A stretch of DNA of 64,000 nucleotides from Actinomycetota bacterium (GTDB taxonomy: Bacteria > Actinomycetota > Actinomycetes > Nanopelagicales > Nanopelagicaceae). The notes beneath the pieces were generated by a model. It made no database searches. It was not told the DNA's origin and was given only the letters and a program-made list of their open reading frames with translations. Position numbers and translations under genes: made by a program. Shown piece after piece: positions 1 to 6,916 of the stretch. The first letter of the stretch is position 1. Each line of letters starts with the position of its first letter. Location: the NCBI GenBank assembly GCA_026392695.1, contig JAPLBP010000154.1, positions 7,854-71,853 of the forward strand, given 5' to 3'.

Positions 1-102
1 AAAAATCGCGGCCGATACAACTAGAGCTACCACCACGCCTAACTCAGGTACAGCGAGTAAACGATAGAAAAATCCTTCGCTGGTCTTTTTCTTGTGCGAC
101 AT
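1..102 (-). CDS. ABC transporter permease (sugar-type), N-terminal fragment continuing beyond the window start
   Basis: Minus-strand ATG at 100-102, then 34 open codons to the edge (MSHKKKTSEGFFYRLLAVPELGVVVALVVSAAIF). A short basic head followed by a hydrophobic TM1 is typical of RbsC/XylH-like permeases. Too short for a firm family call. Confidence 0.35.
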   Translation of the reverse strand, partial: MSHKKKTSEGFFYRLLAVPELGVVVALVVSAAIF

Positions 103-132
103 GTCAACCCTTTTCTGTATGCGACGTTGCAA

Positions 133-144
133 ACTGTTAACAGT
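133..144. promoter_or_regulatory. Perfect 12-bp palindrome ACTGTTAACAGT, candidate repressor operator
   Basis: Read directly in the 110-bp non-coding gap between the mutarotase-like gene and the permease gene. Confidence 0.25.
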
Positions 145-212
145 CTATGGTCTTTATTCATATTCGCAATGGGTCTGGCGCTTTAATTTTGCGCGCCTCG
201 CGTAACTATTCG

Positions 213-1172
213 TTATGAAAACGAGTTAAAAATAATGCTAAAACTAAATTCCAGCGGTTTTTCAGGCGCAAATAACGGCACTCCAGCGGTTTTTAAAGCT
301 TCATCTAACTTATCTGTGCATCCATGGGTGGGTTCTATGGCCAACCATCGTCCTTTTTGACCTGTGCTTGGCCAGGCATCTAAGTTATAACACAGGCCCA
401 CAAATGGAATTTCGTTCGGATCAAAATTAAAACTCAGTGAGCAGTTTTTTTGAGGGTTAAGCAGGGTTACTCGACCATCACGCGGCGATTTGAGAACTAC
501 TTTATCCGTTAGTGGTTTGCTCAATGTGACCCGACTAATATCATGTTTTTGTTTATCTGCACCTATGGCATACGGCCATTGATATTTATCTAAATGGCCA
601 AGATAGCCATCTAATCCATCGGCACCCAATCTAGAACTGAATCCAAATTCTTTAGTCATTTCTGGATTTCCGTTAACTTGGATTTGCATTCCTTCAACAG
701 CGTTAAAAAGTGGGTGTGCCGACCAAAAACCATAGAAGTCAGTGTCGCCAATATTTTCTATCGAATAGGAAAATAGTAATGAATCCTCTTTAAGTTCAAT
801 TTTCCTTTGAAACCTGTAAGGAACAACTGTGCCTGTAGCCGTTGTAGTGATTACATTGCCAGAATTCTCGCAGGCCCACGTTTGGGTCCAGAGTTCACCG
901 TGATCTGGCATAACAATGTTTGGGTTGCCTGGATAAGTTCCATTACCTATGTTTGGGAAACACTCATCAAAGCCTGAAATGTCGTGCGCTTCGTAGGCAT
1001 CATAATTATTTCTACCGCGTAAGGGGCGGCTCTCGTCTGTCCATAACCAATCATATTGCGCTTGCTTATCTGTAATTTGTGAGATTTTTGCGCCTAGCTC
1101 TGGAATTACACGTACCCTCAAGTGCTCATTTTCAAGTTCTTCAATTTTCCAGCCTTGAGAGTATTCATTCAC
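213..1172 (-). CDS. Aldose 1-epimerase / galactose-mutarotase-like family protein
   Basis: 319-aa ORF with mutarotase-fold style motifs (SGFDECFPNIG, PDHGELW, WSAHPLFN, LAIEPTHG). It sits in a sugar-gene context. Confidence 0.6.
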   Translation of the reverse strand: MNEYSQGWKIEELENEHLRVRVIPELGAKISQITDKQAQYDWLWTDESRPLRGRNNYDAYEAHDISGFDECFPNIGNGTYPGNPNIVMPDHGELWTQTWACENSGNVITTTATGTVVPYRFQRKIELKEDSLLFSYSIENIGDTDFYGFWSAHPLFNAVEGMQIQVNGNPEMTKEFGFSSRLGADGLDGYLGHLDKYQWPYAIGADKQKHDISRVTLSKPLTDKVVLKSPRDGRVTLLNPQKNCSLSFNFDPNEIPFVGLCYNLDAWPSTGQKGRWLAIEPTHGCTDKLDEALKTAGVPLFAPEKPLEFSFSIIFNSFS

Positions 1173-1230
1173 AGTGGTAATAATGACATAATCTGTGAGT
1201 CGATAGAAGGTTTAGTCAAAGGAGATTTGC

Positions 1231-2013
1231 GTGACAAGCAAAAATTATTGGCACGATAAATTTTGCATTGTTACCGGCGCAGCATCTGGAATTGGCTTTG
1301 AAACTTCAAAACTATTGATTTCTGAGGGCGCTAAAGTGCTGGGTCTGGATAAAAGCCCCGCCACTGGCACAGTAAAAGAAATTTTTTCCGCCGGCAATAA
1401 CCCTTACGAGGTTTGTGATTTATCAAAACCTCAAGAAATAGAGGCTGTTTTCCGAAGCTTTACTGATTCAAAACTATCTGCCTTATTTAATGTTGCAGCC
1501 ATGCCAACTAACGGGGCCGGTATTCAAGATACCGATGTTGATCTCTGGGATAAAATAATTGATGTAAACCTACGATCAATTTTTTTAACTGCAAAATACT
1601 CGTTACCTTTATTCAAAAATGATCTTGGTGGATGCATAGTGAATGTCTCCTCGGTCCACGCTTATGCAACTATGAAAAATCACGCGGCATATGCCGCATC
1701 AAAAGGTGGGGTGAACGCCTTAACAACTGCATTGGCTATTGAACTAAACCCTCTCAACATCCGTGTTGTCGGTGTCGCACCTGGTTCCATAAGAACTCCT
1801 ATGACGACTACGAATCTGCAAGGCGATGCTGCATTACTCAACTCGTTAGGTTTCCCAACTGATGGAAAATCGATTGGGCATGTTGGTGAGCCTGAAGAAA
1901 TCGCGAAAGTTCTTATTTGGTGTGCCTCCCCTGAAGCTTCTTATATAACCGGGACAACAATTCAAGCCGATGGTGGATTGTTGTCGCGGTTGGGTTATGA
2001 AAAAGGCAATTGA
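1231..2013 (+). CDS. SDR-family short-chain dehydrogenase (possible sugar 1-dehydrogenase)
   Basis: Rossmann motif TGAASGIG; catalytic region NVSS...YAASKGG (Ser/Tyr/Lys). GTG start preceded by AAAGGAG. Confidence 0.85.
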   Translation: MTSKNYWHDKFCIVTGAASGIGFETSKLLISEGAKVLGLDKSPATGTVKEIFSAGNNPYEVCDLSKPQEIEAVFRSFTDSKLSALFNVAAMPTNGAGIQDTDVDLWDKIIDVNLRSIFLTAKYSLPLFKNDLGGCIVNVSSVHAYATMKNHAAYAASKGGVNALTTALAIELNPLNIRVVGVAPGSIRTPMTTTNLQGDAALLNSLGFPTDGKSIGHVGEPEEIAKVLIWCASPEASYITGTTIQADGGLLSRLGYEKGN

Positions 2014-2783
2014 TTAAAATGCTTAAAAAATTGGACAGTGTCGATGTTGCTGCTAAAACTCAATGTCTTTTGGGGGAAGGGCCGGCATGGAATAAAAAAC
2101 TTGAGGTACTACATTTTGTTGATATTTTTGGAAAGAAAGTTCAGACATTAAATCCAAAAGATGGATCAGTTAAAACTTTTGCAACACTACTTTCTCCCGG
2201 TGCAGTTCTTCCAACAAACGAAGAGAAACTAGCGCTTGCCTTAAATGATGGGCTCTATACCGTTGATTACTCGGGCAATAATCTCGAAAATTTATACTCA
2301 ATTGAAAAAGATATATTTACTAATCGAATGAACGACGCAAAGTGTGATCCAAATGGGAAGCTTTTCGCAGGCACCATGGGAGATGGCAACTCACCTACTG
2401 GCTCCCTTTATAAAATAGATTCCGAAGGTTTCGAGAAAATACTTGATCGAGTCACCGTTTCTAATGGTTTAGCGTGGAACCGTGATGGTTCAAAAATGTA
2501 TTACATAGACTCAGGCAAGCAATCGGTTCAAGTGGGCGATTTTGACTTAGCAACTTCAACAATCAAAGCGTTCAAACTCTTTGTTGAGATCCCAGCATCA
2601 TTTGGAATTCCAGATGGGATGTGCGCTGATCTTGATGGTGGAATTTGGGTGGCTTTTTTCGGTGGCTCACACATAAGACGCTACGCTGAAGATAGTACCC
2701 GAAAAATAGATAGCAACGAAGGAAATCTCTTTTGCATTGATGTTGGGATTCCTGGGGCAGGAACCGTTCCTTTTATTCTTTAA
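2010..2783 (+). CDS. SMP-30/gluconolactonase/LRE-family lactonase-like protein
   Basis: Motifs LGEGPAWN, NDAKCDPNGKLFAGTM, SNGLAWN, IPDGMCADLDGGIWVA. Start overlaps the SDR stop (TTGA). The C-terminal part looks shorter than usual (see findings). Confidence 0.8.
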   Translation: MIKMLKKLDSVDVAAKTQCLLGEGPAWNKKLEVLHFVDIFGKKVQTLNPKDGSVKTFATLLSPGAVLPTNEEKLALALNDGLYTVDYSGNNLENLYSIEKDIFTNRMNDAKCDPNGKLFAGTMGDGNSPTGSLYKIDSEGFEKILDRVTVSNGLAWNRDGSKMYYIDSGKQSVQVGDFDLATSTIKAFKLFVEIPASFGIPDGMCADLDGGIWVAFFGGSHIRRYAEDSTRKIDSNEGNLFCIDVGIPGAGTVPFIL

Positions 2784-2789
2784 ACAGAG

Positions 2790-2878
2790 CGGAGACGAGG
2801 AGATTTGAACTCCTGAAGGGTTTAACCCCTTACCTCGTTAGCAGTGAGGCGCACTCGACCGGGCTATGCGACGTCTCC
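2790..2878 (-). tRNA. tRNA-Ser (anticodon GCU)
   Basis: Reverse complement reads GGAGACG...CTGCTAA...long variable arm...GGAGTTCAAATCTCC-TCGTCTCC-G. It has a 7-bp acceptor stem, a T-arm and a class II variable arm. No encoded CCA. Confidence 0.9.
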
Positions 2879-2938
2879 AAGTGTTACGCGGAGTTTACAC
2901 TCTAAACAATGAACGTACTTACCTGAAATACGCCTGAT

Positions 2939-3358
2939 CTATGGGGTTTTGACTCTTAGTTTTTCAACCTGCTGGCCAGTAATTTTACTAATGATGTCGA
3001 AATCTTTATCAAAGTGAAGTACGTAGAGGTCACACAATTGAGCCGTAGCTGCAATGAGAAGATCTGGAATGGAAGGGGCTCGGTGTTGGCCGCGCTTAGC
3101 TAACTGTTTAAGAGTGTCCCACGCCAATTCTTCGATTTTTGGAGTTAAGCCTTCGATGGGCATCGCCGACAGCGGAGGAGTTGTGAAGGCGTCCAATAAC
3201 TCTTTTTCAGAACGAGCCGAGTACCCAATTTCAAGCCGTGTGATTGTGGAGAGATGTACTTCTCCGGCGCTAATTCTTTGCGCCCAAAGTTTCGCTTGTG
3301 GCGAATGGGGCAAGCGAACTAAGGCAGATTTATCGATCAACCAACCATTTAACGCCAC
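2939..3358 (-). CDS. vapC: PIN-domain toxin VapC
   Basis: 139 aa with the PIN acidic quartet D9 (LIDKS), E43 (RLEIGY), D99 (IPDLLIAA) and D117 (HFDKDFD). GTG start overlaps the upstream antitoxin stop by 10 nt. Confidence 0.85.
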   Translation of the reverse strand: MALNGWLIDKSALVRLPHSPQAKLWAQRISAGEVHLSTITRLEIGYSARSEKELLDAFTTPPLSAMPIEGLTPKIEELAWDTLKQLAKRGQHRAPSIPDLLIAATAQLCDLYVLHFDKDFDIISKITGQQVEKLRVKTP

Positions 3359-3570
3359 GCGCCACGCATAATCTCGTCATCAAGGAGATCTGGCAAAAGT
3401 TCGAGCAATGCGGATAAGTGTTGTTCGGTAACCGATTCTGATTTTATAAGCACCTCGCGACTCAGCGCTCTCCTCATCAACTCAACGCGTGAAATACCTA
3501 GAGAGGATGCTCTACTTTCAAGAGCATCAATGAGCTCTGGTGAAAGATCCCTGATTAAAACGTCAGCCAT
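3349..3570 (-). CDS. vapB: Ribbon-helix-helix antitoxin (VapB-like)
   Basis: The ORF-track ORF extends to 3624. An internal ATG at 3568-3570 is preceded by GGGAGG and gives the 73-aa product MADVLIRDLSPELIDALESRASSLGISRVELMRRAL..., a typical RHH N-terminus. Confidence 0.7.
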   Translation of the reverse strand: MADVLIRDLSPELIDALESRASSLGISRVELMRRALSREVLIKSESVTEQHLSALLELLPDLLDDEIMRGAWR

Positions 3571-3588
3571 TCCGCCTCCCAACCCAGA

Positions 3589-3608
3589 GTGATATCTTAT
3601 GATATCAC
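3589..3608. promoter_or_regulatory. Inverted repeat GTGATATC-TTAT-GATATCAC, probable VapB(C) operator overlapping the vapBC promoter
   Basis: Perfect 8-bp arms 19 nt upstream of the vapB ATG. On the minus strand the spacer region reads TAAGAT, which fits the actinobacterial -10 pattern TANNNT. Confidence 0.45.
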
Positions 3609-3687
3609 ATTTGATTGCGCGCAACCGTGCGCTTCATACAGGAAATACAGACCTGAGAAAGGGTTTTCCCAAGGGTACGCTTGCGCA

Positions 3688-5124
3688 ATGAGCGAAAAGT
3701 CAGTCAAGTCCCAACGCCCTCACGATGTAGCGCCTTCGGATGCATTTGCCGATTTTATGCGCACTGGATGGGCGCCATCCGATCTCCATGGTATTTCTGC
3801 CGCTCCTGCGGTGACGTGGTGCATTTCCCGGCGTGCAAAATTATCAGCTGCTTACAGTGGCATTCGAGTAATAATTCCGGCAGGTAATTTCAAAGTTCGT
3901 TCAAATGATTCTGATTACAACTATCGACCGCACTCTGCATTTGCTTACTACACGGGCGTGCAAGGAGTTGAGGCAACGGCTGACTCTGTGCTTGTGATGG
4001 AGCCGAACGACACTGGTCACGACGCCATTCTTTTTATCCATCCTCGATCGACTCGCGACACTGACGCTTTTTATCGAAATGCAAAATATGGCGAACTCTG
4101 GGTGGGACGACGATTCACAATTGATGAAGCTCACGCACGTTGGCAGTTGGAAACCCGTCATGTAGATTCTTTGCTGGATTTTCTCAAGGGTAAGCAAGAG
4201 ACAATTCTGCTTCGCGGTGAAGATACCTCTGTTGACGAGAAAGTCAAAAAGCATGATGGTGAAGCTGCTTTGGTCGAATTTGTTTCAGCGGCTCGCCTCA
4301 TTAAAGACGATTATGAAATCGAGGAGATGCAACGTGCCTGCGATTCCACCGCTCGTGGCTTCGCCGACATTGTGCGGGTCCTTCCATCGGCAACACAAAC
4401 TAAGCGAGGCGAGCGCGTGATTGATGCCGCTTTTTATGGTCGCGCGCGAATCGAAGGTAACGAACTGGGTTACAACACGATTGCCGCGGCCGGAGCTCAT
4501 GCCTGCGTTTTACACTGGATACGTAACGACGGAGAAGTACGAGCCGGTGAATTGATTTTGGTAGATGCTGGCGTCGAGATGGAGTCGTACTACACCGCTG
4601 ATGTAACGCGAACTCTCCCAGTAAACGGAAAATTCTCACCTGCCCAACGTTCTCTCTATATGTTGGTGATGGAAGCACAGAATGCGGGATTCGCAGCCGT
4701 AAAGCCTGGCGCGAAGTTCGCTGACATCAACATTGCTTCGCAGACAGTATTGGCGCAAGGTCTTGCCGACATGGGCGTGCTCACGATCAGCGCTGAAGAA
4801 TCACTGCGACCTGAAATGGGACTTCACCGACGTTGGACGTTGCACGGCGTTAGCCACATGTTGGGAATGGATGTTCACGACTGTTCCCAAGCTCGAAAAG
4901 ATCAGTATTCAGAGGGAGTTTTAGAGGTGGGTCACGTACTTACCGTGGAACCTGGCCTCTACATCCAGCCAGATGATGAACTCTTTGCTCCAGAGTTTCG
5001 TGGAATCGGAATTCGAATTGAAGATGATGTTGTCGTCACGAAAGATGGATGCAGAATTCTCAGCAACGCGTTACCGCGACACCCCGATGACATCGAGCGC
5101 TGGATGGCTGGTTTACTCGGCTAG
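3688..5124 (+). CDS. pepP: Xaa-Pro aminopeptidase (M24B family)
   Basis: N-terminal AMP_N-like region and the pita-bread metal-ligand context (LVDAGVE..YYTADVTRT, HGVSHMLGMDVHD, TVEPGLY, GIRIEDDV). ATG 3688 is preferred over the track start at 3589, which lies inside the vapB operator. Confidence 0.85.
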   Translation: MSEKSVKSQRPHDVAPSDAFADFMRTGWAPSDLHGISAAPAVTWCISRRAKLSAAYSGIRVIIPAGNFKVRSNDSDYNYRPHSAFAYYTGVQGVEATADSVLVMEPNDTGHDAILFIHPRSTRDTDAFYRNAKYGELWVGRRFTIDEAHARWQLETRHVDSLLDFLKGKQETILLRGEDTSVDEKVKKHDGEAALVEFVSAARLIKDDYEIEEMQRACDSTARGFADIVRVLPSATQTKRGERVIDAAFYGRARIEGNELGYNTIAAAGAHACVLHWIRNDGEVRAGELILVDAGVEMESYYTADVTRTLPVNGKFSPAQRSLYMLVMEAQNAGFAAVKPGAKFADINIASQTVLAQGLADMGVLTISAEESLRPEMGLHRRWTLHGVSHMLGMDVHDCSQARKDQYSEGVLEVGHVLTVEPGLYIQPDDELFAPEFRGIGIRIEDDVVVTKDGCRILSNALPRHPDDIERWMAGLLG

Positions 5125-5451
5125 ATGAACCCCAAGCCATGCGGCACTGAGTCCAAGAATGATTGTTAAAAGAAGGTTAAGCGTCACTTCTCTATATTTC
5201 TTCAATTCGAAGGCAAGATAGACATCGAGAATGAATGTCGACCACGTCGTAAAAGAACCTGTAAACCCGATTCCTATAAAGGTATGAAAATCATTGGCTG
5301 TTCCAATACTTAAACCTAAAATAAAAGATCCAAGAACGTTAATAATGACAATCCCGTATGGATACTTAACGATTCGACGAAGGTACTGATCAAGTAGGAA
5401 TCTACTCGGTGCCCCGATCGCCGCTCCTAAAACCACCAGAAGCGAGGTCAA
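5113..5451 (-). CDS. crcB: Fluoride channel CrcB/FluC, subunit 2
   Basis: Motifs GAAIGAPSRF, PYGIVIINVLGSFILG, FTGSFTTWSTF. The TTG at 5449-5451 overlaps the upstream crcB stop (TTGA), so I prefer it to the track start at 5490. Confidence 0.85.
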   Translation of the reverse strand: MTSLLVVLGAAIGAPSRFLLDQYLRRIVKYPYGIVIINVLGSFILGLSIGTANDFHTFIGIGFTGSFTTWSTFILDVYLAFELKKYREVTLNLLLTIILGLSAAWLGVHLAE

Positions 5452-5804
5452 GTCTTTACCTTGATAACTCGTCGAGCTAGCGGAATACAAATCGCTACTA
5501 CAACGGCGCTCAATCCAAGGCTTTCGAATAAATAGCGCGCTCCGCCGCCATCAGGTCCGACCGTTTGAAACGCCAGCGCGCTAAAAGTCGTCAACCCTCC
5601 ACAAAACCCAGGAAGTAGAAAGTGCCGTAGATTTTCGTTGCCGTGTCGTTCCATCGCGACCATAAAGAAGGATGCAAGGGCCACGCCGAGAGCATTTGCA
5701 GCCAAAGTTCCGTTGCGGGATTGGTCAAGAAAATCAGAAAGTCCCAGACGCACGAGGGAGCCGAGGACTCCGCCAGCGGCAACCCAGCGAGCAGAGCGAA
5801 GGAT
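5448..5804 (-). CDS. crcB: Fluoride channel CrcB/FluC, subunit 1 (start codon uncertain, probably non-canonical)
   Basis: Motifs GTLAANALGVALASF and GFCGGLTTFSA. The conserved TM1 (WVAAGGVLGSLVR) is encoded in frame upstream of the only canonical start (GTG 5753). I extended the gene to ATC 5802-5804 (see findings). Confidence 0.75.
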   Translation of the reverse strand: MLRSARWVAAGGVLGSLVRLGLSDFLDQSRNGTLAANALGVALASFFMVAMERHGNENLRHFLLPGFCGGLTTFSALAFQTVGPDGGGARYLFESLGLSAVVVAICIPLARRVIKVKT

Positions 5805-5806
5805 AG

Positions 5807-6151
5807 TTAGGCCTTTTTGTAGAAGCCACGAAGCAATGTCGTGACGACGCTGATGATGACGCTAGCGAATAGCGCCGACCAAAAATCCTTCACATCCAGT
5901 GCCGAACTCCAACGACCTGTAAGGGAAAGCATTGCCGCATTAATGACTACAAGAAAGAGACCGAAAGTCACCAGTGTTACTGGGAAAGTCAGGATCTTTA
6001 CTATGGAGCCAAAGACGGCATTGATCAAACCGAAAAGGAGAGCAACCCAAAGATAGGTTCCAACTTTTCCATTGACTGTGATTCCGGGAACGATAGCTGT
6101 AGCAGCCCAGAAGGCGAGTGCGAGTGCGGCCCAACGAAAGAGTAATTGCAT
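5807..6151 (-). CDS. DUF360 / phage-holin-4-like small membrane protein
   Basis: 114 aa with four hydrophobic segments. The pattern LALAFWAATAIVPGI...LLFGLINAVFGSIVKILTFPV...LFLVVINAAML is typical of this family. Confidence 0.65.
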   Translation of the reverse strand: MQLLFRWAALALAFWAATAIVPGITVNGKVGTYLWVALLFGLINAVFGSIVKILTFPVTLVTFGLFLVVINAAMLSLTGRWSSALDVKDFWSALFASVIISVVTTLLRGFYKKA

Positions 6152-6154
6152 GTA

Positions 6155-6916
6155 CTAAACAATACCCTCGCGTTTGAAGATTTTGGAGCCTAACCATGCG
6201 AGTGGATCGTATTTCACGTCTACAACGCGCTCTTTCATAGGGATGATGGCGTTATCCGTGATCCGAATGTGCTCTGGGCAAACTTCACTGCAACACTTGG
6301 TGATGTTGCACATTCCAAGGCCATGCTCGGTCTGTGCCGTTTGCTTGCGATTGCGCAAGGTGTCCAACGGGTGCATATCGAGTTCAGCGATACGAATAAA
6401 GAATCGAGGACCAGCAAAGGACTTTTTATTCTCCTCGTGATCGCGAATTACGTGGCAGGTGTCCTGACATAAGAAACATTCGATGCATTTGCGGAACTCT
6501 TGGCTGCGCTCAACATCGACTTGTTCCATTCGAGCTTCGCCCGGTGCCAAATTTGTCGGATGTGCGTAGGCTGGAACTTCCATTGCCTTGCGATAATTAA
6601 AAGAAACATCCGTAACCAAGTCTTTAATCACAGGGAAGGCGCGCAAAGGCGTAACGGTGATTGTCTCTTCTTCGGCGAACGAAGAGATTTGTGTCATGCA
6701 TGCAAGTCGTGGTCGACCGTTGATTTCCATTGAGCACGAACCACATTTACCTGCTTTGCAATTCCAACGAACCGCTAGGTCGCCCATTTGTGTTGCTTGC
6801 ACACGATGAATGACATCCAGGACTACTTCACCTTCGTTGGCTTCAACGACTACATTCTCGAGGCCTCCATCAGTGGCATTCCCGCGCCAAATGCGCATAT
6901 TGAGGTTGCGTGCCAT
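6155..6916 (-). CDS. sdhB: Succinate dehydrogenase/fumarate reductase iron-sulfur subunit
   Basis: Three Cys clusters: CKAGKCGSCSMEINGRPRLAC, CIECFLCQDTC, CNITKCCSEVCP. Confidence 0.9.
   Translation of the reverse strand: MARNLNMRIWRGNATDGGLENVVVEANEGEVVLDVIHRVQATQMGDLAVRWNCKAGKCGSCSMEINGRPRLACMTQISSFAEEETITVTPLRAFPVIKDLVTDVSFNYRKAMEVPAYAHPTNLAPGEARMEQVDVERSQEFRKCIECFLCQDTCHVIRDHEENKKSFAGPRFFIRIAELDMHPLDTLRNRKQTAQTEHGLGMCNITKCCSEVCPEHIRITDNAIIPMKERVVDVKYDPLAWLGSKIFKREGIV

Noticed and set aside
3589-3687. N-terminal extension of the pepP ORF starting at GTG 3589
   Set aside because: It starts inside the vapB operator palindrome and the extension is not aminopeptidase-like. ATG 3688 with an upstream AAGGG is more plausible.
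2784-3700. Integrase, att repeat or IS remnant next to tRNA-Ser(GCU)/VapBC
   Set aside because: No integrase- or transposase-like ORF appears in any frame, and I spotted no direct repeat of the tRNA 3' end. The TA pair lies on the 5' side of the tRNA.
5754-5810. Fluoride riboswitch (crcB motif) upstream of the crcB pair
   Set aside because: There is no non-coding space, because the DUF360 gene ends 2 nt before the probable crcB start. The sequence does not resemble the compact crcB RNA motif as I remember it.
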